Below are positions 23,326 through 35,869 of a stretch of 41,983 nucleotides of DNA, piece after piece. A program made the position numbers and the translations under genes. The notes below the pieces were generated by a model that made no database searches, was not told the origin of the DNA, and was given only the letters and a program-made list of their open reading frames with translations. The DNA comes from Octopus bimaculoides (Eukaryota). The first letter of the stretch is position 1; each line of letters starts with the position of its first letter. The DNA is taken from the NCBI RefSeq assembly GCF_001194135.2, contig NC_068990.1, positions 73,583,588 to 73,625,570 on the forward strand, read 5' to 3'.

Positions 23326-23774
23326 ATATATTTTTACAGACACATGTACACATGTATATGTATTCACAAATATGTGTGCTTTTATAAAAGTGTGTACATA
23401 TGTATTATGCATGTATATGCACATATATATATATGTATGTACATGTGTGTATATATTGATCTAAGATGTATGTATATTATATTATGAACAATGAAGAAAT
23501 ACTCAATACACTGTGTGGAGTATAATTATATTAATTTGGTTGATGCTATGACTGTAGTTAATTAAGTTTCACTTTCAAACAATTAGTCAGATGGTGTCCA
23601 TTTATCTGTCCATTTGACTGCTCATCTGATCCACTCACCCACCATCTATTCATTCTGCCATCGAGCCACCCATCTGCCTACCTATCCACTCATTCATATT
23701 CATCCACACACACACACACACAAATACATAAATATATATGCATGTGTGTTTTGTGTAAATATAATATATGTGTT

Positions 23775-23825
<51 letters not shown>

Positions 23826-23886
23826 TATATATGTGTGTGTGTGTGTTCTGCATATATATGGATGTATATAATTCATTTGCATGTAG

Positions 23887-24042
23887 GATGTGCTGGAAGG
23901 CATATCACTTTGACTATGCTACTCCTGGGACAATGCAAGATGACATTAGTCTCAACTTGAAATGGGAATTTAAATTCCATGGAAACCCATCACAGGGCTC
24001 TCATCTTGTATGGCTCAAAGACGAACTAATAAATATGACAGG
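23887..24042 (+). CDS. Candidate 156-nt phase 2-2 exon; weak Ig-domain-like peptide
   Basis: ttgcatgtAG|G acceptor, GG|GTATAT donor (weak), and the only open frame reads MCWKAYHFDYATPGTMQDDISLNLKWEFKFHGNPSQGSHLVWLKDELINMTG. GNP...LVWLKD resembles Ig B-C strands. Confidence 0.22.
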
Positions 24043-24738
24043 GTATATGAAATTCAAATGTTACAGATTACAGAATAAACAGACATTAACAAAACTGAAT
24101 AACTTAATTAAGGAACTCACTTTTGCAGGATCCTAGTTCATGTGAATAAAACTTGTATATTCTTGACATGTGTATACCCTTGACATTGTCTTTTACAAAA
24201 CTTTCATTAGAAAGGAACTTCATAAGGAGCATAAATTAACTTCGACTTCAAATTTTAAAGACACCATTTTGGAGAGGCATAAGATTGCTATACACTCCAA
24301 CTTGGAGGTTTGGACAGAGACTTATTTGCCTAAGTCACCCCATATATACCTGAAGGGCCACAGATCTAATTTTGAGAGTAATCCATCTGCCCCTTGTTTG
24401 CCCCTCTAAGTCAGATATAGGAAAGATATGTAAAAAAATAACAGACAGGATTATACAAGTATTGAGAACAAGACTTGAACTTGATTTTATGAACTAACGC
24501 TATTGAAGTCATAAATTAGTTCAAAGGTTTAAAGAATAAAATTGCATTAAATCTATAGAAATAGATTTTTCTAGCCATTGTTCTTCTATCCTCTATAAAC
24601 CATATTTTTCTCTCAACAGATCTTGAATTTTCACAATGATAAACTCACAATTCTTTACTGAGGTTTAAGGCTCTGTATTAGCAGCCAGGAAAACAATTAC
24701 TGAACATGAAGATAGATACTGGACTATAAAAGACATAC

Positions 24739-24833
24739 CTAATAATTTCAACACACTTGTGTGTTTGAGTGACTTCGTACAAGTTACTGACCTCATGAAT
24801 ATTTATATATAATATTCTATTAAATTGGAATTC
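24739..24833 (-). other. Candidate 95-nt exon downstream of the CpG island
   Basis: Strong acceptor cctctattttcAG|G and donor AG|GTATGT. One open frame (EFQFNRILYINIHEVSNLYEVTQTHKCVEII); could equally be UTR. Confidence 0.22.
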
Positions 24834-25060
24834 CTGAAAATAGAGGATGATCTTTTTAGGGACGATAGTAATTCTACCTTCTGTAACTGAAGGTCTAAGA
24901 AGGCTGAAATAACTCAAGAGTTAGCACTTTGCTTTACAAGAGGTCACACAAAATTAATAGCTATCATCAAACTTCATCATCTCATTCTATACATAATTAT
25001 AATTTTAGTTTATAATAATTCATAGGTGACACTCCTTCCCTTTGATCAGATTTGTAAGGA

Positions 25061-25970
25061 ATGACCGTGCGAACTCAAAAAGGAGAAATGGTGACGAATG
25101 GTAAAACAGAGGACTCCTTTTATTTAAACGTGTCACACAGTCGAACACAAAAATATATATATCGATGATGATATACATGATATGTTATGCGACGATAACA
25201 TAGATGACCAGTAATGAAAGACCACAACCGTATTAGATGAATAACAGAAATATTTATTGTAGCGTTAAAGATGTATGTCTGTGTGAGAGTGTGAATGCGA
25301 CATATAAGAACATAATCAAAGACAGGCCGTCATACAAAGAAAAGTATGTATGTGAGTGATACATGTATGTGTATGTGAAATATTACAGCAGAGAAAGAGT
25401 CAATAACACGTGAGCAATTATACCAGTTCTTGGGTACACAATAATATGAATCTGTATGTGAAGTGAGTTGGCTGAGTGTGGCAGAGCTGATCACTAGTTG
25501 TGATGTCGTGGCATCAATGCCGGGCCGTGATTCTTGTTATACAGATGTTCGTCGCTGGAACTGCTGCTGCTGTCATGTGGTACACGGAACAGTCTCTAAG
25601 AGAAACTGGACCGAGACAAATTTGTTGGGTATGAGTTGATCTATTTAAGGCGAATTATTGGCTCCCGAATGCTTCAGTTTAATACTCTATCACGTGACCT
25701 TATTAGGGGCTGTGATTGGTCAGTTTGCGTTCTGGCGGGAACGGTTCGAAGAAGTTGCCGATTCGAATAATGATCAGTCACGTGATGACAAGGAATGGGT
25801 TCTCTACTACGCTCGCATTTATTTATATTTAAATGAGAAGATTGTATGTAATGGCGATAGTAGTTTGTATCTAATGGCGGGAGGTAGTTTCACTACAGAT
25901 TTCATTAACATTAATAATTCATTTTATGTTTATCGCTGTTCCTTGCAATGATAGCTTATGTTGACCGAGC
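25061..25970. promoter_or_regulatory. CpG-enriched promoter-like island with paired E-boxes and CCAAT boxes
   Basis: Hand count of 36 CpG in ~910 bp versus 4 in 24121-25020. ATCACGTGAC at 25689-25698 and its inverse GTCACGTGAT at 25777-25786; CACGTG at 25407. CCAAT on the minus strand at 25657-25661 and 25715-25719. aATGGCG at 25851 and 25873. Confidence 0.6.
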
Positions 25971-26110
25971 TCTTTCTATTGCTCATTCCATCAACTCTAG
26001 TATGCCTCAGGGTTCAGTTTTATTCTCCCATTCTGTTTATTTGATACATCAGTAACTTACCTTAATACCCAACAAGTGCCACTGTTATGCTGATGACACT
26101 CTCCTTGATT
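25950..26110 (+). pseudogene. Ancient CR1/L2-type reverse transcriptase remnant
   Basis: SMPQGSVLFS/ILFI*YISNLP...HCYADDTL corresponds to GVPQGSVLSP.LF..YINDL...YADD (YADD 26086-26097). Confidence 0.6.
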
Positions 26111-26524
26111 ATCCTCTAAACTTTCCCAGCTATGCAATGTTTAGCTGCAACTTTGACATCACATAACAAACACTCCATGAACGGACTTTGAAAGCACCAT
26201 CATATGAAGATATGTTCATCCAGTCTGAACACAAAACAACACTGCTCAAATAAAGAAAATATCATTGTCATTGCTCCACAACTTTCTTAATTATGAGCAG
26301 CATGTATCTAGAGCTTCATTCCAAATGTTTGGCCACATTGTCACAGAGTAGTTTTCTTGACAAAAGAATATCCTTAACATAGCTAGGAACACATCCCCAA
26401 AATGGCTTGTGGGGTTTGTGTGTGTGTGTGTGTGTGTGTGCATGCACGTGCATGCGTGTGTATGTGTCTGTATGTGTGTATGCATGAATGTTTATATGTA
26501 CGTAACTTCACCGAAAAATTACGG

Positions 26525-27561
26525 TTTATCAGTGAGGGATTTGGACATTGACAAGAAAATGAAAAGAATTACTTGTGATGTTTCTTCTGCACTGAGTTCA
26601 AAACACTCCCTCGAAACTCAATCTATCACAAAGTAATGATTGGTCCATTGGGAACTAATGGTGCCACTATTGTTCACCAATTGCTAAATGAAATAAATAA
26701 ATAAATACATAAATATAGAAGTTATAGATGGTAATATTAGCTGTTATGAACAATAAGAGTAATTAATGTTAAAGTAGTAATCTATTTATATGCAATGTCT
26801 ATTGTTATATGACTGTCATTAACAAATATCATATCATAGAGGAGTGAGAGCTTGGAATTACACACACATACACACACACACATAAATTGAAATTAAATTG
26901 GATATTATATGAAATATGTAGTAACTCAAGTTTCTTTCCCCTTTCTCTCTGTGGATTACCAGACATAGCATATAATAAATTCATTGATTTTTTTTTTTTT
27001 TCATGTTTGCTATATTTCAGTGCCTGGAGGTAATAAGTTCAAATTCTCTTGGCAACCTGACCTCAAAAGGAATGTAAATCGGTTTTATCACCAACACTCA
27101 TTTCATAAGAGTTAATAATACAATAATGTTTCATCCAAGTAATTATTCGAGCTCGTTATTATAACACTGATTGATGAGACAATAAAACTCCTTTATAGCA
27201 CCATCAAGTGGTTTGTGCTGTGTGTATTTATGACTTTTCATATAATAGAATCAGTATTACGTAGTTTATAGTTTACCATTGACTCTGGATGCTAGTTTTA
27301 GTTTACTGAAAACATCAGAGGATTTTTAAAATTGTTTCTAAACACTTTGATTCAAAGGAAATACACACACACACACATATGTTTATTATTTATCAGTGAA
27401 GGATTTGGATATTGTAAAGAAAATGAAAATAATGACTTATAATGTTTCTTCTGCATTGAGTTCAATACACTCCCTTGTCACTCACAATATCACAGACAAA
27501 TGGCTGGTCTATTGGGGACTAATGGTGCCACTACTGTTCACCAATTGCTATATAGAATAAA
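26525..27561 (+). repeat. ~170-bp dispersed direct repeat (26525-26696 and 27389-27561)
   Basis: Colinear, roughly 80% identical by eye, offset 864 bp; flanks are unrelated. Confidence 0.85.
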
Positions 27562-27657
27562 CAAATTAATCAACTGATTAAACAAGAATGTTGCTGAGTG
27601 ACCCATCAAAGAAGGTAAAATTGCTTTTATCATAGGTGAACATAAAAAATAAACATT

Positions 27658-27704
<47 letters not shown>

Positions 27705-27954
27705 TCTCGCTAGAAATAATTATTGAAATGAGTCATTGACAATGCAATGTGAAGTCCTTAAATGACTTCTGAGCCCTGCTAAAGATTTGCACATTTTACT
27801 GCACAATGCAGTTGTGCTGGCTGGCAGAAAAAAAACCAGTACCACAGTATGAAGTCTTTTGAAATGTCTTTTGAATCCTCCAACTAAACAGCACACCTTT
27901 CCACAAGTTGTACATGTTCTGTTGTCACCAATAGCTGTATCATGATTTACAAGG

Positions 27955-29270
27955 AGCCGGTTTCTTTGATGGTTGGCCAGTCCTGCAAGACTTAAGCATT
28001 TCCTTCAACAAATCACACACATAAAAATCAAAACTTCATTTTCTTTCTAAGCTTTCTCTTGATGTGTTTGTACTTCAAATTCCTCTCTTTCCTACTTCAA
28101 GCAGCAACTCTTTTCCTCCATCCATTTCGGTCTTGTGCTTCTCTCTTCTAATCAACATCTGAAATTTCTGTTTGTGTCTAAGCAGTTTTAAGGCATTCTT
28201 TTGGGTTTAAGTGTTGGCTTTTTGCAATCTTCCAGTTCACCATACTAAAGTTGCTTAGGAAGCTTTTTATCATTCATTCTCACCAGATGCCCACCCCAAC
28301 TCATACAACTTTGCAGAATGATCGATTATACATGCCTACTACAACTTCTCTCAAGTAACTCTACATCACTGATTGCCATTCTCCAGTTTATCTCAAAACT
28401 TTTCTGAAGACAATGTTGATGGAATCATTCTAAATGTTTCAAACGCTTACAATAAATAAACCATGTCTAACTTCCATAGAACAATGATGGAAGAACACAT
28501 GTGCTATAAACCGTAACTTTAGTTTGGTTAGATATACCATGGCATGACCAGAGATGCTTGTCAAGCCTACCATAGGTATCACTAGCTTTGCCGATTCTAT
28601 ATGAAATTTCATTACTAAGACCAGTAGTGCTCAGAGTATTTCCTAAATATATATATTTGGTTTCAAATTCTAACCTTTGTCCATATTCAATTACAGAAGT
28701 TTCCATATAAAGCTCAGAGGGGACAGGTTGGTACATCCAAACAGTTTCATTCAAGTTAATTGTAAGGCCCAATGCTGTATCTTCCTGGTAATGTGCTAAC
28801 AGGTCACAATCATCTGCACACAAGAATTCAGTGATGTTAGAAAGAAGAACTTTTGTTATGGCACAAAGTCTTTTGAGGTTGAAAACTTTTCCTGCTGTCC
28901 ATATATCTTATAGAGACCCCCTCAGCACAATCTTCGATGGAAATTTCAAAATACTATTGTAAAATACAGAGCAAACAAGATAGGAGCAGGCATATTACCC
29001 TGTTTTACACCATTTTCTGCAAAAAATTGGCTCTGATAGGGTACACCCAACATTAACTCTCACCTCAATCTCGGCATGAAATTGTCTAAGCATTCACATT
29101 TGAAGTTTTTCCATGGCATGAAACATTGGGATAAGCCAGCAAGTAGTGTTGAAGCCATTTAGCATATAGTCATAGTTGATGATATGGCTCGTGGCAGGCC
29201 TTGTTTGGTACATGGCATTGATATGTCACAACAATGATGAAACATTGATGACTGTTGCTCCAAGAAGGGA
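27955..29270 (-). pseudogene. Decayed RTE (BovB-like) LINE ORF
   Basis: MLRQFHAEIEVRV...ENGVKQGNMPAPILF...GKVFNLKRL..ITEFLCADDCDLLAH...YIYLGNTLS..EISYRIGKAS..YGRL...WGGHLVRM..KLPKQL.YGEL...C-terminal CVIC*RKCLSLAGLANHQR; multiple stops and frameshifts. Confidence 0.9.
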
Positions 29271-30713
29271 CCTATGTGAGTTATCTCACTTGATTATGAC
29301 ATAATTTCAGGTGTTTTTTACACCAGGTTCATAAGGATATGTTCCCATATGTCTAAAAATCGCTGTCAACCCACAAACTAACAACACATATACCTTGTTT
29401 ATATGTGTTCGATTTCGAGCTGCTTCTAATTTATGTATATATATATATATTATAAATGTATGTACATAAGTATATACATGAATACATATAATATACATGT
29501 TACTCACTGGCATCTACTTGCCTTGAGTTGTTGCTCTGTTATTCATCAATGTTTGTATTGGAAGCGATTGAAATCATGAATATTAGAAATACTACTGTCT
29601 AAAATAAATAATGGCCCAATCAGTGGTTTGAATGAGTAGAACAAAAGAAGAAAAAAACATAAAGAAGAAGGAAAGAAAACTGAAAGTATATACAAATCTT
29701 TAATACTGAATAGAAGCAATAAAATGAAATAGCTGAAAGTCTACTAACCAACTAAAATTTTATGGCAAAATTCATTTAGATTATATGAAATTATGCTAGG
29801 AAAACCAGAGCTAGGGGTTACAACCATTCTATTCAAAAGAAAAGTGATGGTATGCATACATACATACATACATTAATACATACATACATACATGCATACA
29901 TACATACATACATGCATACATGCATACATACATACATATACATATATNNNNNNNNNNNNNNNNNNNNNNNNNNNNNNNNNNNNNNNNNNNNNNNNNNNNN
30001 NNNNNNNNNNNNNNNNNNNNNNNNNNNNNNNNNNNNNNNNNNNNNNNNNNNNNNNNNNNNNNNNNNNNNNNNNNNNNNNNNNNNNNNNNNNNNNNNNNNN
30101 NNNNNNNNNNNNNNNNNNNNNNNNNNNNNNNNNNNNNNNNNNNNNNNNNNNNNNNNNNNNNNNNNNNNNNNNNNNNNNNNNNNNNNNNNNNNNNNNNNNN
30201 NNNNNNNNNNNNNNNNNNNNNNNNNNNNNNNNNNNNNNNNNNNNNNNNNNNNNNNNNNNNNNNNNNNNNNNNNNNNNNNNNNNNNNNNNNNNNNNNNNNN
30301 NNNNNNNNNNNNNNNNNNNNNNNNNNNNNNNNNNNNNNNNNNNNNNNNNNNNNNNNNATATATATACATGTATAAAGTGGGTTTGTGTGTATATGTATAC
30401 ATGTGTTGTAGAATCTTCAGAAGCTTGTAAGAGATAATTTAATTCATTCTTTTCTTTTTGGAGGAATTTTAGAAAATGACTTTTGGTTCTGGTAGAATGG
30501 AAAAATATGTATTCAGAAGAATGGTAATACTAGAAGTAAGAGAAAAATAATGAAATGTGAATATGCGAGTAAATGAGAAATGACATACTAGCAAGAAGTG
30601 AATAAAGAAATGGCTAACTATTTCCCTATGTCTAGACACAAATTCAATAAGTTTACACGAACATACATACACACACACACACACACATGCATGCATACAC
30701 ACACACACGCATG

Positions 30714-30749
<36 letters not shown>

Positions 30750-32271
30750 TATATATATCCATACAATACATATGCATATACATACAACACATATATTCAT
30801 ATATTTATATATATATACATATATATTCATATATATAATTATATATATATATATATAATTATATATATATATATATATAAGTATATATGTATGCATATTT
30901 ATATATATATGTATGTATATATATATATANNNNNNNNNNNNNNNNNNNNNNNNNNNNNNNNNNNNNNNNNNNNNNNNNNNNNNNNNNNNNNNNNNNNNNN
31001 NNNNNNNNNNNNNNNNNNNNNNNNNNNNNNNNNATATATATATGATAGTAGTAAGTAGCTATATAATAGTGTGATTACAGAACGATGAAATATAATTCTG
31101 AGCTAGAAAAATTACTGCCAATTTTCTATGTTTTCAACAGTGAATTATTAACATTTTATTTGATTATTTTGGAAAATGTTAATAAAGAGAACATTTTAAA
31201 ATTTGCTACCATAGACATGCTGCCAACACATATTATGACAGTAAAACAAAAATAGAAAAAAAAAGATAGAAAAAGAAACAAAAAAATCACTTGATCAATT
31301 TACTAGAATTGTTTATAAATCTGCTAGGGCTATTAATATGATGATGCTGTGTTTTCATAAACTGAAACTAGAGACATTTAAAAAAAGATCATTTGTTAAA
31401 CAAAAAATATATATAATTCTTGTATTTGATTTAACTATTTATATTTGATAATGAGAAATTAGTGAAAGTAATGATAAAAAATATTGTTTAGAAAACTTTT
31501 AATAGGATTTAATAAAATATTTAAAAAATGAATATCCAACTTCGTATCTGCATGAAAATTTTTTTTAAATATACCATTATTTATATTTGGGAAAGTTCAC
31601 AACTTCTAACTGTTATAAATGAAACATCGGATAAATATTCAATAAAAAGCATTATTTCTTCAGTGAAAATTATCTGTAGTACAACATGCAAACAGAAATT
31701 TCCGGATAACTTTAAGCCTTAACTTAATAATGCAGTCAGAAATCATGATGTGACTTAAAGAGATTTATCTCATTTTTATGTACAACTAAACTTTTGACAA
31801 CCACTTCTTTATGTTTTCAGAGAATTAAAATATCATTTTAATGCTGGAAGAAAAACCAAAAAAAAAACATATAACTATTTAGTGTGCTTCTATGATTTTA
31901 TCAGTTATATAAACAGATCTGCCTTACCTTTTTAACTCTCTGAATTACATGCACAAAATTTTCCCTTCAGAATAATTATGCTGGACAGAACCTCTTCTGT
32001 AAATAAATTCTTGATGTAAAAATAAAAAAAAAAACAACTGATTCAATGATGGTAGTAAAACAGTCATTTTCTTGACTTGGCTCTGAGACAATGTATTTAC
32101 ATAGAATTAATTTGGATATAAGGGTAAAGTTTATAATAGACTTTTAGTGTCCAAGTACAGAAGGGGAAAAAGCCCAGTAATGTTGCAATGTTCATGCTAT
32201 TGCTAAGGGCATTAGTGACAGAACTGAAGTAACTTCAACGAGTGACTGAAACAAGAATGAAAGATTTAGAC

Positions 32272-32618
32272 CAGGGGTTCTCAACCATTTTTTATATATG
32301 AATCACTTTTATTACTATTTTATTCTGGTGGACTCCCATAACCATTCGATGTTTAAAAACTAGTTTTGTAGAAACTTCTTTCAAAATTCCTATTTTGTTT
32401 TTCACACATTAACTTGTGTAGGTTAAACTATGTAAAATGTTAGAGAAAAGAAACCTAGCTCTGTTTTGCAATAGATACTAATATCTACATCTAAAGCAAA
32501 ATTTTTTCTGGGGCCCTTACAATATTATTATGAACAATTTACTGTTTGGTTGTGCGGTCTCCCCAAAATCTTATATGGACCTTCAGAGATCATATGGACT
32601 CTGGGTGAGAAACCCAAG
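32272..32618 (+). mobile_element. hAT-type MITE
   Basis: 5' TIR caggggttctcaacc; decayed 3' TIR gggtgagaaacccaag (~32603-32618); no clear TSD. Confidence 0.6.
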
Positions 32619-32813
32619 CAAGGGCAACTTTAATCAAGAACTGGGTTGCATGAGACATGGATCATCATTAGGGAGGCTACAGTACTAAAAGATTTTAAGG
32701 TAATTTTTCATTTGGTGTGTTATTCAGAATGTCATGCTTTAGTCTATTTGTTAATTTTTAATGCTTAATCAATGACTGAAAAGCAATACCAAAGACTGCA
32801 AATGTCAGATAGG

Positions 32814-32814
<1 letters not shown>

Positions 32815-32884
<70 letters not shown>

Positions 32885-33082
32885 ATCTATCTATCTATCT
32901 GTCTATCTATCTATCATTTATCTATCTAACATTTTACATAGTTTGACCTACACAAGTCAATGTGTGAAAAACAAAATAGGAATTTTGAAAGAAGTTTCTA
33001 TAAAACTAGTTTTTAAACATCGAATGGCTATGGGGGTCCACCAGAATAAAATAGTAATAAAAGGGGTCCATATATAAAAATG

Positions 33083-33148
<66 letters not shown>
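32815..33148. repeat. (TCTA)n microsatellite interrupted by a MITE fragment
   Basis: TATC arrays at 32815-32925 and 33083-33148. Confidence 0.9.
32925..33082 (-). mobile_element. Inverted partial copy of the 32272 MITE
   Basis: Reverse complement of 32284-32444, about 90% identical by eye. Confidence 0.85.
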
Positions 33149-33383
33149 GCCCTCTCTCTCACTCTGTATGTGTGTGTATATATATATATGTATGTATGTA
33201 TGTATGTATGGCTTGAGAGATGAATGAATGCATGCATGAGATATTGCAATGAGGGTAAAACATTTGCATGCTAAGGGTGCTGCTGCCTTCCATTTCCGAA
33301 TATGCAAAATGATTCCTCATCAGGCAGCGAAGCATCTCTGTAGGTGTTTCAGCCTCTTCTACTACGTGTATGTAAAAAAAATA

Positions 33384-33691
33384 GGCGCAGGAGTGGCTGT
33401 GTGGTAAGTAGCTTGCTTACCAACCACATGGTTCCGGGTTCAGTCCCACTGCGTGGCATCTTTGGCGAGTGTCTTCGACTATAGCCTCGGGCTGACCAAA
33501 GCCTTGTGAGTGGATTTGGTAGACGGAAACTGAAAGAAGCCCATCGTATATATGTATATGTATATATATGTATGTGTGTTTGTGTGTCTGTGTTTGTCTC
33601 CCCACCATCGCTTGACAACCGATGCTGGTGTGTTTATGTCCCCGTAATCTAGCGGTTCGGCAAAAAGAGACCGATAGAATAAATACTAGGC
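33384..33691 (+). mobile_element. SINE family A, young copy (CpGs largely intact)
   Basis: ggcgcaggagtggctgtgtggtaag...ggttccgggttcagtcccactgcg; runs into a gap. Confidence 0.92.
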
Positions 33692-35136
33692 NNNNNNNNN
33701 NNNNNNNNNNNNNNNNNNNNNNNNNNNNNNNNNNNNNNNNNNNNNNNNNNNNNNNNNNNNNNNNNNNNNNNNNNNNNNNNNNNNNNNNNNNNNNNNNNNN
33801 NNNNNNNNNNNNNNNNNNNNNNNNNNNNNNNNNNNNNNNNNNNNNNNNNNNNNNNNNNNNNNNNNNNNNNNNNNNNNNNNNNNNNNNNNNNNNNNNNNNN
33901 NNNNNNNNNNNNNNNNNNNNNNNNNNNNNNNNNNNNNNNNNNNNNNNNNNNNNNNNNNNNNNNNNNNNNNNNNNNNNNNNNNNNNNNNNNNNNNNNNNNN
34001 NNNNNNNNNNNNNNNNNNNNNNNNNNNNNNNNNNNNNNNNNNNNNNNNNNNNNNNNNNNNNNNNNNNNNNNNNNNNNNNNNNNNNNNNNNNNNNNNNNNN
34101 NNNNNNNNNNNNNNNNNNNNNNNNNNNNNNNNNNNNNNNNNNNNNNNNNNNNNNNNNNNNNNNNNNNNNNNNNNNNNNNNNNNNNNGTGAGACTCTCTGT
34201 ATACATGTGTGTATGTGTGTGTGCGTGTGTGTGTATCTTTATATATGTACCCACACATACATATTGATAGATAGATACAGATATGTATGCATATAAATAT
34301 ACATATACATATGCTCACACACACACACACACAGACACTTATATACATACACACATATATGTATGTATGTAACGTGTTAGCATGAATGTGTGTGTGTGTG
34401 GTAAGTTTACCATATTCTGTAAGAGGAGGTCAAGATGAAAAACTTAAACAAGATGATCTCTTAGAAACACTATGTTCCCTCCTCCAAACTTTTATCTCCA
34501 TAAAATTTCTTTGTCATTGTAAAGTAGACCATCGAGTATGAACTGATAACAGGTAAACAAAGGAAGTGTATGGTGCTGATAGGTTCTGGGCTTGACAGAA
34601 TCACGGACAGATTGACAAGAAGAGTCAAATAATATAGCCTGAAACCAGCAACGTGTGGCAAGGCTCAGATCAAAAGTATTCTGCAAGTCATTGATAAGTA
34701 AAAGATGATTAACTATAATGCATTTTGAAAAGCAATCTTTTTCCATTTTAAATTGGTTGTAATATGGAGAGGGCATTCGAACTCTCGAGAAATACGTATT
34801 TGGTGTAAGGTATTGTTGATGAAGTAGAAGTGTAAAAGATACATTCTCTGTCGACGCTATTTAGACAATTATAATGGCAGATCTTCACCACATACTTTTG
34901 TTACGCTGTTTAACCATTATCTTCAGTTAGCTGCAGCCAATGTTATAGACATCAGCCTGAAGCTATCCAGGAAAAACAGTTCAGAGTCCATTTAATACTA
35001 TTTATTATATGCCTTGAATCCTTGTTGACTGAAATGTCTTACTATTTTGTTGTCACTAATAAATATGATGAAGCTTATTCTTTTGTACTGGTGATAATAT
35101 AGAACAAGAAGCATTATTATTTTGATAAAAGAAAGC

Positions 35137-35148
35137 ATCATCATCATC

Positions 35149-35180
<32 letters not shown>

Positions 35181-35189
35181 CGTCATCAC

Positions 35190-35250
<61 letters not shown>

Positions 35251-35290
35251 GTTATCATCATCCTCCTCCTCATCATCATCGTCATCCTCA
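35137..35290. repeat. (ATC)n microsatellite
   Basis: About 50 imperfect units; explains the poly-M and poly-D ORFs. Confidence 0.95.
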
Positions 35291-35351
35291 TGTAAGATGA
35301 TCCAATAGACATACAAAACAATGGATATCTAATTTAGCATTAAATGTAATG

Positions 35352-35387
<36 letters not shown>

Positions 35388-35869
35388 GTTAATCTACTCA
35401 AGCTAACGAGATTGTTGGTCACCTAAAAGATTTTCAGGTAGAACTATATTTCCGTTATAGATAATAAGGCATGTTGCAAGATATCTTTGGGGTCAGATTG
35501 GATAGCATGGTATTAACAACTTGTTTGTTCATGCACTGCTTATAAACCTTGGAACTAATAGAATCTAAAATGAGACCCTGATTGGAATTACGTTTGTTGA
35601 ACGTAATGGAAATCACTTTGTACCAACATATCAAGCTCTTTGTACACATATAAATCTGGAACACCGTGATTCTTTTCTGTCGTGAGGGTTTAGATAAACA
35701 CCTAAAAATGGTGAAAGTCGTGTAAATAGAGAAATGGTAACTGAAGCGTTTAGTTTGACAAAAGGAAATGTTTTAATAGAGATCTCATTTCCTCCTCCTC
35801 CTCCTCCTCCTCCTCATCATCATCATTATCATCATCGTTGCCGCTGCCACCACCACCACCACCGTCATC

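Larger units (their letters stand above)
2882..34186. other. Assembly gaps (N-runs), listed collectively: 2882-3330, 6241-6998, 7570-8320, 9338-9701, 10775-11285, 13618-14064, 16674-16683, 19631-19640, 29948-30357, 30930-31033, 33692-34186
   Basis: Runs of N. Most abut (TA)n tracts, young repeats or palindromes. ORFs spanning them are artefacts. Confidence 0.99.

Noticed and set aside
23633-23700. Perfect minus-strand donor GG|GTGAGT
   Set aside because: Embedded in a degenerate (ATCC)n tract with no acceptor upstream.
25658-25951. 97-aa ORF across the promoter island
   Set aside because: Starts at TTG, has no recognisable homology, and is better explained by the higher GC of a promoter.
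33282-33328. Minus-strand CTGATGA-GGAAT...ATTCG-GAAA with GCTGC/GCAGC stem I, hammerhead-like
   Set aside because: G10.1 faces G rather than C, and there is no U-H cleavage dinucleotide or stem III (AG precedes stem I). It is either chance or a dead relic.
34411-35720. Protein-looking short frames (e.g. ETLIGITFVERNGNHFVPTYQALCTH) and a 132-nt splice-flanked minus segment
   Set aside because: No family recognised; the 34411-34542 segment is closed in all frames and the others lack acceptors.
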